A DNA stretch of 64,000 nucleotides from a virus, in the IMG/VR virus record IMGVR_UViG_3300045988_092303. The stretch is one strand, 5' to 3'. Numbering within the stretch: the stretch's first letter is position 1; each line of letters opens with the position of its first letter. Under the pieces are notes generated by a model. The model was not told where the DNA came from. It ran no database searches and was given only the letters and a program-made list of their open reading frames with translations. Of this stretch, positions 7,586 to 14,986 are shown piece by piece. The position numbers and the translations under genes are program-made.

Positions 7586-7746
7586 TAAATTAAGCCGAGG
7601 CGCGCAGGTTCTCCCGGAGTCCGTAGAGGGATAAAAGAGCCGATCAACGCGAGAGGAAGCAAGAGCAAGGACGGACAGAAACACAAGCAAAGTGAAGCAC
7701 GCTCGTAGATCAGACTTTAACAGGTCTTTTCTACGGGCGTTTTTTA
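7586..7746 (+). ncRNA. Leader RNA L1 (about 160 nt) ending in an intrinsic terminator; homolog of L2 at 36705-36855
   Basis: No ORF. Blocks AGCAAGGACGG, GAAGCACGCTC and GGGCGTTTTTT are identical in L2. Terminator stem 7700-7709 / 7730-7739 followed by T7. Confidence 0.6.
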
Positions 7747-7778
7747 TTTCCCGGAAATCACAGAAGGAGGTGCAGAGC

Positions 7779-8447
7779 ATGGAAAAAGTAGAGGATTGCA
7801 AAGCGGATCCGGAAATATTTGAAAATGACATTGACATGTATTTGCAGATCTTCTGCGAAAACCAGAAGCCGCCCATCGAGGATCTGACGAAAGCAAGTCA
7901 AAGTGTTTGGAATGCAGCGCTAATGTATGTACATAGACATGTATTTAAGAATCGGGAATATTTTAGAAGCACTGAAAATATACAGGCCAATAATAAAGCC
8001 CCCATCAGTAATTATTATATATATAACTATAATCTAGTAAATGATGTATGTGATTATTATATATATCTATGTATGCAATATGAGAAAGAAATAAGTATAT
8101 TAGGATTTAGTAATTTAACAGGTATTCCAGATAGCACAGTTTACGACTGGGGATATAATCCACAGAGACAACTAAGCCGTGTAGGCTCGGATATTTGCAA
8201 AAAGTTGCAAAAATACAACGAGGAAAGTCTGGAAAATAAACTTGCATCAGGCAAGGCGAACCCAGTGGGAGTTATCGCAATTCTCAACCGTCGTCACGGC
8301 TGGGCGAGTCCATACACGGCAGATAGCAACCGCCAGAGGGCGCAGGCATTAACAGCAGATCAGTTGCCGCAATTGGGACAGAACAACAAAGGACTACCAG
8401 ACAAAACGCAAGATATTGTGGATAGCGGAGACGAAGCCACGATATAA
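7779..8447 (+). CDS. terS: Terminase small subunit
   Basis: ORF track; ATG at 7779 after GAAGGAGG; pattern GFSNLTGIPDSTVYDW...NPVGVIAILNRRHGW typical of TerS. Confidence 0.65.
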   Translation: MEKVEDCKADPEIFENDIDMYLQIFCENQKPPIEDLTKASQSVWNAALMYVHRHVFKNREYFRSTENIQANNKAPISNYYIYNYNLVNDVCDYYIYLCMQYEKEISILGFSNLTGIPDSTVYDWGYNPQRQLSRVGSDICKKLQKYNEESLENKLASGKANPVGVIAILNRRHGWASPYTADSNRQRAQALTADQLPQLGQNNKGLPDKTQDIVDSGDEATI

Positions 8448-8600
8448 ACGTAAAGAAAAGGCACGATATTTTTTTACATTGTCAAAACATGTGAGAAATT
8501 GTGGAAAATGACGAACAGAACCGGGAAAGCCGGAGAGAATAACCGGGGGAGGGGGTCTGGCAGATCAGCGAAAACCGCCCTACTAAGTCCCCCAAATTTC

Positions 8601-8638
8601 CCAAAAAACAAAAAGGCCTCCTGCATAAGCAAGAAGCC
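8601..8638 (-). terminator. Intrinsic terminator of the leftward RHH gene
   Basis: Minus strand: GGCTTCTTGC / GCAGGAGGCC stem followed by a U-rich tract. Confidence 0.7.
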
Positions 8639-8650
8639 AATTCAGAAAAA

Positions 8651-8821
8651 CTATTTGTTTGGACTTGATACAGAATCCAGATAAGCGGTGATGGCCTTGT
8701 CAAGTATTTTTGAAATAGGCACACCAGATTCCGTAGAATAAGATTTAAGTTTTGCATTAACATCAATAGATAATGTACTTGAAAATCTGACTCTATTTTT
8801 TAATTCGCTGTCATTAGGCAT
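8651..8821 (-). CDS. CopG-type ribbon-helix-helix protein (56 aa)
   Basis: Own translation MPNDSELKNRVRFSSTLSIDVNAKLKSYSTESGVPISKILDKAITAYL; SD GGAGTG; below track cutoff. Confidence 0.6.
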   Translation of the reverse strand: MPNDSELKNRVRFSSTLSIDVNAKLKSYSTESGVPISKILDKAITAYLDSVSSPNK

Positions 8822-8842
8822 ATAGACACTCCTTTCCGTAAA

Positions 8843-8916
8843 CTTATTTAATTTTATTGCAATATGTGCTTGAAGTCAACAATGACATATGGTATACTTA
8901 ATTAAGGTTAAATAAG
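8843..8916. promoter_or_regulatory. Divergent control region: inverted repeat CTTATTTAA / TTAAATAAG flanking the recombinase promoter
   Basis: Inverted repeat at 8843-8851 and 8908-8916; TTGAAG (8870), 17 nt, TATACT (8893). Confidence 0.5.
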
Positions 8917-8932
8917 AAAAGGGGATAAAACA

Positions 8933-9505
8933 ATGAAAGTAGGATATGTCAGAGTCAGTACAGTTGAGCAGAATGAGGCAAGACAGATAGAAGGACTGCA
9001 AAAGTACGGGATTGATAAATGGTACATTGAGAAAGTTTCTGGCAAAAATACAAATCGGGCGAAACTACAGGAAATGATTTCGACACTCCAGTCTGGAGAC
9101 ACGGTTTATATCCATGATTTTTCTAGGCTTGCCAGATCGACCAGTGATCTTCTGAAAATGGTTGAAGAATTGAATAGTCGTGGTATCCACCTCGTCAGCA
9201 ACAAAGAAAACATTGACACATCAACACCTACTGGAAAACTGATGCTTACTATGATTGGCGCGATAAATGAATTTGAGAGAACAAACATGCTGGAGCGTCA
9301 GAAAGAGGGAATAGCAATTGCCAAGCGTGAGAACAAATACAAAAACTGCGGCAGGAAGAAAAAAGAGCTTGATGGTGAGTATGAATCCTTGATTCAGAGT
9401 TATGTGGACGGAGAAATTAGCAAAGTGCAGTTGGCGGTAATGATGAATGTATCAAGGCCAACATTGAACAGGATTTTGAAAGATTATGGGGGAAAAGAAG
9501 AATGA
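8933..9505 (+). CDS. Small serine recombinase (resolvase/invertase family, C-terminal HTH)
   Basis: ORF track; YVRVSTVEQN catalytic-Ser motif; 190 aa. Confidence 0.9.
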   Translation: MKVGYVRVSTVEQNEARQIEGLQKYGIDKWYIEKVSGKNTNRAKLQEMISTLQSGDTVYIHDFSRLARSTSDLLKMVEELNSRGIHLVSNKENIDTSTPTGKLMLTMIGAINEFERTNMLERQKEGIAIAKRENKYKNCGRKKKELDGEYESLIQSYVDGEISKVQLAVMMNVSRPTLNRILKDYGGKEE

Positions 9506-9957
9506 TGGATTTGTCAAATAAGTGTTTTATCACAGAAAATTCAAATGAAAGTGAAAAACTCCTTCGTCTTGCGGTTTCGCTTGGATATTCATTACCGAAA
9601 GGCTTAAAGGTTCTTGCTTCTGGCAGAATCTTTAAGTTTACAGGATATCCGTACAAAGCGGTTACTTGTCCTGAAATGGCACCAGATAGTGCACTTTACT
9701 ATTCTGAAGCTTTTGGGGATGAGGATATGGAACTGAAAGACATAATTTCAAGAGCAACACGTTTTTGCAGAGCACATGGATACAACACATTAAGATTGTA
9801 TGCAGATGAAACAGATGAAAATTATACCGGAAGTGCTTATGCAAGAACGGCTGACGGAGGTTCTCTGAAATCTGATTGCATTATACCGAAACCAAGAAGA
9901 GTAACGCTGGAAGAAATTGAAAAACGTTTTGGATGTCCAATTGAAATTGTATCGTAA
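9502..9957 (+). CDS. Hypothetical protein
   Basis: ORF track; ATGA overlap with the recombinase stop. Confidence 0.6.
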   Translation: MMDLSNKCFITENSNESEKLLRLAVSLGYSLPKGLKVLASGRIFKFTGYPYKAVTCPEMAPDSALYYSEAFGDEDMELKDIISRATRFCRAHGYNTLRLYADETDENYTGSAYARTADGGSLKSDCIIPKPRRVTLEEIEKRFGCPIEIVS

Positions 9958-9973
9958 TAGGAGGCATAGACAA

Positions 9974-10354
9974 ATGACCGGAAGTGAATATCAGAGATTA
10001 GCAATGAGGACAAATGACAGGAAATCAAATGACAGGCTGTTTGAAGCGTCTGCATCAATACATCAGGAATGTAAAGACTTTGGCGGAATCTTAAACGTCT
10101 GCCTTGGATTGTCTGGTGAAGTTGGAGAGTTCAACGACATGATTAAAAAGTGGGTGTTCCACGAAAAAGAACTGGACGTTGAACACGCAAAGAAAGAAGC
10201 TGGAGATATTTGCTGGTACTTGGCAATGCTGTGTGAGTCTTTTGGCTGGAGCTTGGATGAAATCATGCAAATGAACGTAGATAAGCTGAAAGCACGTTAT
10301 CCGGAAGGCTTTGACACGTACATTGCTAATCACCGGAAAGATGGGGATGTATAG
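9974..10354 (+). CDS. mazG: MazG-like nucleotide pyrophosphohydrolase
   Basis: ORF track; GLSGEVGEFNDMIKK ... EAGDICWYL EExxE/D-type motifs; ATG at 9974 after AGGAGG. Confidence 0.75.
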   Translation: MTGSEYQRLAMRTNDRKSNDRLFEASASIHQECKDFGGILNVCLGLSGEVGEFNDMIKKWVFHEKELDVEHAKKEAGDICWYLAMLCESFGWSLDEIMQMNVDKLKARYPEGFDTYIANHRKDGDV

Positions 10355-10515
10355 TGAAGATCGGGAACAAAGAAATCAACGATGAATGCCAGAACTGCTC
10401 GGAAGTCCTACAATGCGAACTGTTCCGGCAGGGTCATGGAATTGGCAGACAGCGTGAGAACGTAGCAGAAATGATTATCTGCCAGTTAGAGCATCAGGGA
10501 AGATGCAAGAAGTAA
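10354..10515 (+). CDS. Hypothetical 53-aa Cys-containing protein (GTG start)
   Basis: Own translation; TAGTG overlap with the mazG stop. Confidence 0.3.
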   Translation: MKIGNKEINDECQNCSEVLQCELFRQGHGIGRQRENVAEMIICQLEHQGRCKK

Positions 10516-10587
10516 TGGGCTATCGCCAAGCGGTTAAGGCACAGGACTTTGACTCCTGTATCCCCGGTTCGAGTCCGGGTAGCCTAG
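10516..10587 (+). tRNA. tRNA-Gln (anticodon TTG)
   Basis: Manual cloverleaf: TGGGCTA acceptor, anticodon loop CTTTGAC, T arm CCCGG-TTCGAGT-CCGGG. Same architecture as E. coli tRNA-Gln. Confidence 0.85.
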
Positions 10588-10857
10588 TTGGGGACTTTGG
10601 GGTGTCCCCAGAATGGATTCTTTCCATTGTTTGGCTTCTCCTTTCCCCACTAGCGGAAAGCTGATTAAAGAGCCGTCGCAAGGCTCGGTGGGGTTTTAGG
10701 TTTTGCTGTGGTAGTTTCCTTGGTGTGAAGGAGTTCGCCAAAAAGAATCACAGCAGGCGGTTTAGTAGATGCGCGGCGCGTTGAAAGATTGTCTTAGTTG
10801 GCAGCTACGTAAAAAGCTGTAAAATGCATATGTCAGTTGCGCAGGCATATGCAATCT

Positions 10858-10929
10858 TGGAACATAGCTCAGTGGTAGAGCTTCCGGCTTATATCCGGAG
10901 AGTCCCGGGTTCGATTCCTGGTGTTCCAA
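10858..10929 (+). tRNA. tRNA-Ile (anticodon TAT, reads AUA)
   Basis: Manual cloverleaf: TGGAACA-TA-GCTC-AGTGGTA-GAGC, anticodon stem TCCGG/CCGGA, loop CTTATAT, T arm CCGGG-TTCGATT-CCTGG. Confidence 0.8.
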
Positions 10930-10933
10930 TTCT

Positions 10934-11023
10934 GGGGAAGCGGCAACGATTGGCGGTGTTGCAGCTGACTGTAAATCAGTTCCCATGTGGTAAACAATGG
11001 AGGTTCAATTCCTCTCTTCCCCA
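10934..11023 (+). tRNA. tRNA-Tyr (anticodon GTA), class II with long variable arm
   Basis: GGGGAAG acceptor, loop CTGTAAA, variable stem CCAT/ATGG, T loop TTCAATT. Confidence 0.8.
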
Positions 11024-11198
11024 CTTTGCAGAAATAAAATAGAGCGTGAGATACGGTAGCGGCTCAAGGTATTGCGTAAATATACAAGTCAGGTAAACAG
11101 CTGGGTGATACCCTACCGATAAACAGCAGAAAATCATAACGCGTGTCCCTGCTTGCAGGTGCTGACTAACTGCTGCATAGTATCATTTCTGCAATCAA

Positions 11199-11282
11199 GC
11201 AGTGTTCCCATAATGGTATTGGAGCCGGTTGCTAACCGGCCGGCGTTTATTCGCCCTGCAGGTTCGAATCCTGCACACTGCG
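11199..11282 (+). tRNA. tRNA-Ser (anticodon GCT), class II
   Basis: GCAGTGT/ACACTGC acceptor, anticodon stem GCCGG/CCGGC, loop TTGCTAA, variable stem GGCG/CGCC, T arm GCAGG-TTCGAAT-CCTGC. Confidence 0.7.
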
Positions 11283-11380
11283 TTTCGGTCAGATATGACT
11301 GAAACAGTCTGGGAGAGCCGACAGGACTTAAAATTGGAGAGCTTGCGTAAGTCACGCTAAAGATCATTGTTGCAACGATG

Positions 11381-11453
11381 CCTACGATAGCATAACTGGA
11401 AATGCCACGGATAAGCATCCGGAGATAGTGGGGTTCGATACCCCACCGTAGGA
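11381..11453 (+). ncRNA. tRNA-like gene with canonical acceptor, D and T arms but no usable anticodon loop
   Basis: CCTACGA..CCGTAGG acceptor, D arm GCAT-AACTGGAA-ATGC, T arm TGGGG-TTCGATA-CCCCA. The anticodon region folds as CGGAT-AAGC-ATCCG (5 bp plus tetraloop). Confidence 0.45.
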
Positions 11454-11668
11454 CGAGGTCATAAGGTTACAAGGTGCGCCGATGACCTAATAAACCCAAG
11501 CGAACCTGAGTTTTGGCAACGATTTTGACTTAAAAATCGAACGCGCAGAGGAATGTAGTAGAGGCGGAGAACTGCGAGAACAACGTACATCCGAGGTAAG
11601 GCACAAAGAGTTGGGATGTGCCAAAGCTCTCTGAGTGAGTAATCGGTGGTTTATGAGAGCATAAAAAT

Positions 11669-11752
11669 GCCAACGTGCCCGAGCGGTAAAGGGAGCGGTC
11701 TTGAAAATCGTCTGTCAGAAATGGCTTGTGGGTTCAAATCCTACCGTTGGCG
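11669..11752 (+). tRNA. tRNA-Ser (anticodon TGA), class II
   Basis: GCCAACG/CGTTGGC acceptor, D arm CCC-GAGCGGTAAA-GGG, loop CTTGAAA, variable stem GTCA/TGGC, T arm GTGGG-TTCAAAT-CCTAC. Confidence 0.8.
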
Positions 11753-11805
11753 TTCCCATTGGGTATCACGAAATCCTACCAAAATTTCAAAATGGAGGTG
11801 CAACC

Positions 11806-12258
11806 ATGATAAGTGAATTTGTTGAATATGTTAAACAGGCATGGAAGAATAAGCCAAATGTCAGCAGTCCATTGAATGCAGACCGTCTGAATCATATGGA
11901 AGATGGAATTTGGAACAATTATGGAAAGATAAAAGAAATCATTGCAGAACTCGTTTCTTTGAATGTTGATATTGAATCTATTATAAATCCAAACGGTGCA
12001 GAAAACGGTACAGAACGTTGGTGCAGATATGTGGTTTTAGGAGATTTGGTACTTGCTTTTTGCCACCTTGAATTACTTTCGCAGGCAGCAGCATACACAA
12101 CTGGTGTAGGCGTTCCGGCTCCCAAGAATGGATCACTTAATGTTAAGGATGAAACGGCAACATACTCTTTTCAAATAAATCAAAACGGCGTTTTTCAAAA
12201 TTCTGTCGTGCTTCCCGCTGGAAAATACAATGTGTTTGCTGCTTATTTAAAAGCTTAA
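11806..12258 (+). CDS. Orphan tail-fibre/receptor-binding-tip-like protein A
   Basis: ORF track; ATG at 11806 after GGAGGTG. N-terminus FVEYVKQAWKNKPNVSSPLNADRLNHMEDGI is shared with the next gene; C-terminus is unrelated. Confidence 0.5.
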   Translation: MISEFVEYVKQAWKNKPNVSSPLNADRLNHMEDGIWNNYGKIKEIIAELVSLNVDIESIINPNGAENGTERWCRYVVLGDLVLAFCHLELLSQAAAYTTGVGVPAPKNGSLNVKDETATYSFQINQNGVFQNSVVLPAGKYNVFAAYLKA

Positions 12259-12274
12259 AAATGGAGATGCAAAA

Positions 12275-12733
12275 ATGTTAGAAAATTTTGTGAAATATAT
12301 TAAACAAGAATGGAAAAATAAACCAGATACATCTACCCCTCTGTCAGCTGATAGGCTGAATCATATTGAGGGGGGGGTAAAAACTAATTCGGATGCAATT
12401 AACGAAATTATTACTGGCGTTGCGAATTACAGTTCTGATGAAACGGAATGCGGTACATGGAAAGGAAAACCGCTGTACAGAAGAATCTTAGAACTTACTG
12501 ACGCAACAGACAGGAAAAATTACGATTTTAAAAAAATTATTGGGTCTGTAACAGTTGTGAAAACAGTTGGTCATACGGCTCAACCGAATGGAAACTTTGT
12601 TCCGCTCCCATATTATTTGAATGATAGAGACTATGCCGCATATTATATCAGTTCGAGCCTACTTTTTACTTATCGCTGCGGAGGATCGTATGGTGCCGGA
12701 GATGTGGAGTTGGAAGTATACTACACGAAATAG
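12275..12733 (+). CDS. Orphan tail-fibre/receptor-binding-tip-like protein B
   Basis: ORF track; N-terminus FVKYIKQEWKNKPDTSTPLSADRLNHIEGGV; TWKGKPLYRRI motif seen in phage RBP head domains. Confidence 0.5.
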   Translation: MLENFVKYIKQEWKNKPDTSTPLSADRLNHIEGGVKTNSDAINEIITGVANYSSDETECGTWKGKPLYRRILELTDATDRKNYDFKKIIGSVTVVKTVGHTAQPNGNFVPLPYYLNDRDYAAYYISSSLLFTYRCGGSYGAGDVELEVYYTK

Positions 12734-12778
12734 TAGCTTACATCTCGAAACGGACGGCATAGGTGGAAGGGAGAAAAG

Positions 12779-13015
12779 ATGTTTAAAAGACTTTTCAATT
12801 TTTGGATTCGGCGGAAAACGAAGAATCTCACCAGGATTCCGCTGTTTACCATGGTATTTGATTACCGGAAGTATCAGCGAGATGGCAAGCCGGGGAGTTG
12901 CACATTTTACGCGCACCCGGACATTGCACAGGATGAATTTGTGAAAGAGAAACTTGGCGAAGTTGTTGACCATATCCGGGACAATTACGATCTGGATATT
13001 TTTACGAGGATTTAA
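12779..13015 (+). CDS. Hypothetical protein
   Basis: ORF track; SD GGAAGGGAG. Confidence 0.55.
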   Translation: MFKRLFNFWIRRKTKNLTRIPLFTMVFDYRKYQRDGKPGSCTFYAHPDIAQDEFVKEKLGEVVDHIRDNYDLDIFTRI

Positions 13016-13016
13016 G

Positions 13017-13283
13017 ATGAGCATGGCAGAAGTAATTGAGAGCATAGAAAAAGACATGTGGCGAGATTTGGAGAGTCGGAGCGTACCGGAAGAACAGATG
13101 GAAGTGATTGATTGTACGACTTTAGGAGAAGAGCCAAATTCACAACATATTTGTGGAAGAATATCTGGGAATTATTCTTCAAAAGTGCCGTGGATAAGTG
13201 AAAATTCAATGCCGGAAGAACTTAGAAGATGTGTCGAAGAGGCATTGAAAAAAGGCATTGCTCAACATGCAGGCATTACATAG
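13017..13283 (+). CDS. Hypothetical protein
   Basis: ORF track with internal ATG at 13017 directly after the previous stop. Confidence 0.5.
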   Translation: MSMAEVIESIEKDMWRDLESRSVPEEQMEVIDCTTLGEEPNSQHICGRISGNYSSKVPWISENSMPEELRRCVEEALKKGIAQHAGIT

Positions 13284-13376
13284 AGCGTGACGGAGAATGT
13301 TGCAATGCGGATTCTGACTACTGCGGTGGCTTCAGATGTTTAAATGATTCATGTGAACATTGGGAGGGATGGAAAA

Positions 13377-13673
13377 ATGGAAAAGTATAGAAAAAAGCCA
13401 GTTGTCGTAGAAGCGTTTCGGTATGACGGCGATCTGATTTACTCAAATGGTGAATGGTACTGCCCAGACTGGGCTAGAGATGCATTCCAGAATGGAACCA
13501 TGTATTTTGATTCTCTGGACTGCGAGGAACCGCCGGTAGAGCTGTTCATTGACACGCTGGAAGGTAAACACCATGTTTCTGTTGGAGATTTTATTATCCG
13601 TGGCGTTCATGGTGAACTTTATCCGTGCAAACCGGATATTTTCGCAAAGACATATGAGCTTGTAGAAGAGTAA
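13377..13673 (+). CDS. Conserved phage protein of unknown function (KKPVVVEAF ... GELYPCKPDIF)
   Basis: ORF track; ATG at 13377 after GGGAGGG. Confidence 0.6.
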   Translation: MEKYRKKPVVVEAFRYDGDLIYSNGEWYCPDWARDAFQNGTMYFDSLDCEEPPVELFIDTLEGKHHVSVGDFIIRGVHGELYPCKPDIFAKTYELVEE

Positions 13674-13691
13674 ATTGGTGGAGGTATAAAA

Positions 13692-14096
13692 ATGTTTACA
13701 TTAGGACAATGGATTGTTTTAGGAGTTTTATTATTAACAGGAATTGCTGTTGGTATACTTCTTTTTCTGGCCTGCGATAGCAAAACGGCAGGAATTGTAA
13801 CTATTATCGGTACTGTGGTAATTGTTGGAGCGTTGGCATTTGGAATGAACTGGTACAATACATCAACTGCCAGTGGAATAAGAGGACTGAAAGACTTTAA
13901 GTCTGAACTGACAAACGGAATTGAACGGGAGATTACGATAACCGCAGAGGATGGACGGGAAATCTTTCACTATCAAGGAAAAGTTGATGTAGAAAGCGAT
14001 CATACCGACAATTACATTAAATTTGAGAGCGAAGAAGGAAAACGGTACTTGATCTATTATGGTATTCAGGACACTATAACGATTATTGAAAAATGA
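13692..14096 (+). CDS. Membrane protein (two N-terminal TM segments)
   Basis: ORF track; hydrophobic N-terminus. Confidence 0.6.
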   Translation: MFTLGQWIVLGVLLLTGIAVGILLFLACDSKTAGIVTIIGTVVIVGALAFGMNWYNTSTASGIRGLKDFKSELTNGIEREITITAEDGREIFHYQGKVDVESDHTDNYIKFESEEGKRYLIYYGIQDTITIIEK

Positions 14097-14111
14097 AATG
14101 GGAGATAAGTG

Positions 14112-14375
14112 ATGAAAAACTTAGAAAATTGGAAAGAAGTAACAAAAGGACTATACAGGTATGTAATTGGTGCAAATGTAGCATATGAAATCCATGTGCT
14201 GTTTTGGGATCATGCAACGGATATTAAGACGGCAAAATCCAGTTTGTTTTTAGTAGGTGAATGGAGAACAAAAGCTGGCAAAAATACAACGGAGCGTGAA
14301 TGTTTACTTTCTGAACAGCCGTTATTTGAATGTCTTGCAAAAGCTTTTGAAGATAATGAAGAAAACAATCAATAA
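14112..14375 (+). CDS. Hypothetical protein
   Basis: ORF track. Confidence 0.55.
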   Translation: MKNLENWKEVTKGLYRYVIGANVAYEIHVLFWDHATDIKTAKSSLFLVGEWRTKAGKNTTERECLLSEQPLFECLAKAFEDNEENNQ

Positions 14376-14412
14376 GTAATTATTACCTGCTGCAAAAAAA
14401 GGGGGAATTATT

Positions 14413-14637
14413 TTGCAAATTGTTTTAATTACATCATCAATCTGTATTTTGTTTATTTTTTGTTACTGGATCTTTGATAGAATCATTACCGCAAAAAGAC
14501 TAAAAGAGAATCAGATTGCTTGGGATGAATATAGCCGAAACATGAGTAAATCCGAAAAAGACGCTTGCTACCTTGAATGGTGCAATGAACGCAAAATGCA
14601 AATGGGATGGAGTGCTTTTTATTTTCCACAAAAATAA
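14413..14637 (+). CDS. Small membrane protein (TTG start)
   Basis: ORF track; N-terminal TM segment. Confidence 0.45.
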   Translation: MQIVLITSSICILFIFCYWIFDRIITAKRLKENQIAWDEYSRNMSKSEKDACYLEWCNERKMQMGWSAFYFPQK

Positions 14638-14704
14638 AAATGTGATTAAAACAATTATCGGCTGATAAAAGATGTGACAACGGTTAGTTAAAAAGGAGAC
14701 AAGC

Positions 14705-14884
14705 ATGCTTACTAAATTTAATCGTTTTGCTATTTTTCCCAAAATGTGCAACTCATGTCATGGATACATATTTCTGGAAAGATATCGTAGAGCAGATGTT
14801 TTTCATCATTTTGCAGATGTTCCTAATGGGCATCCGTTTTGGAAAGAAAATATTTGCCAGGAATGTATAAAAAAGTATAGTTGA
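14705..14884 (+). CDS. 59-aa CxxC...CxxC zinc-ribbon-like protein
   Basis: Own translation MLTKFNRFAIFPKMCNSCHGY...ICQECIKKYS; SD AAAGGAG. Confidence 0.45.
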   Translation: MLTKFNRFAIFPKMCNSCHGYIFLERYRRADVFHHFADVPNGHPFWKENICQECIKKYS

Positions 14885-14986
14885 AACAATTACCGACTGA
14901 ATATTGATTCAGCCGCTAACCTAGAAAAATTATAGGCAGAGGTCTTACAAGCACCTTTGCTTTTTGAAAGTGGAGGTGCTTTTCTA

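Noticed and set aside
7586-7700. Assigning leader L1 to the ykkC / guanidine-I riboswitch family
   Set aside because: Only short similarities exist (GTCCGtAGAG, GGGATAAAAG). L2 does not share them, and the order and spacing of the ykkC helices are not reproduced.
7692-7778. N-terminal extension of terS back to 7692
   Set aside because: The extension would be translated through the L1 terminator hairpin. The ATG at 7779 has a strong GAAGGAGG SD.
8933-9505. Calling the serine recombinase the prophage integrase, or a Gin-like fibre inversion switch
   Set aside because: At 190 aa it has resolvase/invertase architecture and lacks the large C-terminal domain of serine integrases. I found no inverted repeats flanking the fibre-like cassettes. 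Its role is left open.
10520-11418. ORFs of 72-94 aa overlapping the tRNA region
   Set aside because: They overlap manually folded tRNAs and structured spacers, lack SDs and run in mixed orientations.
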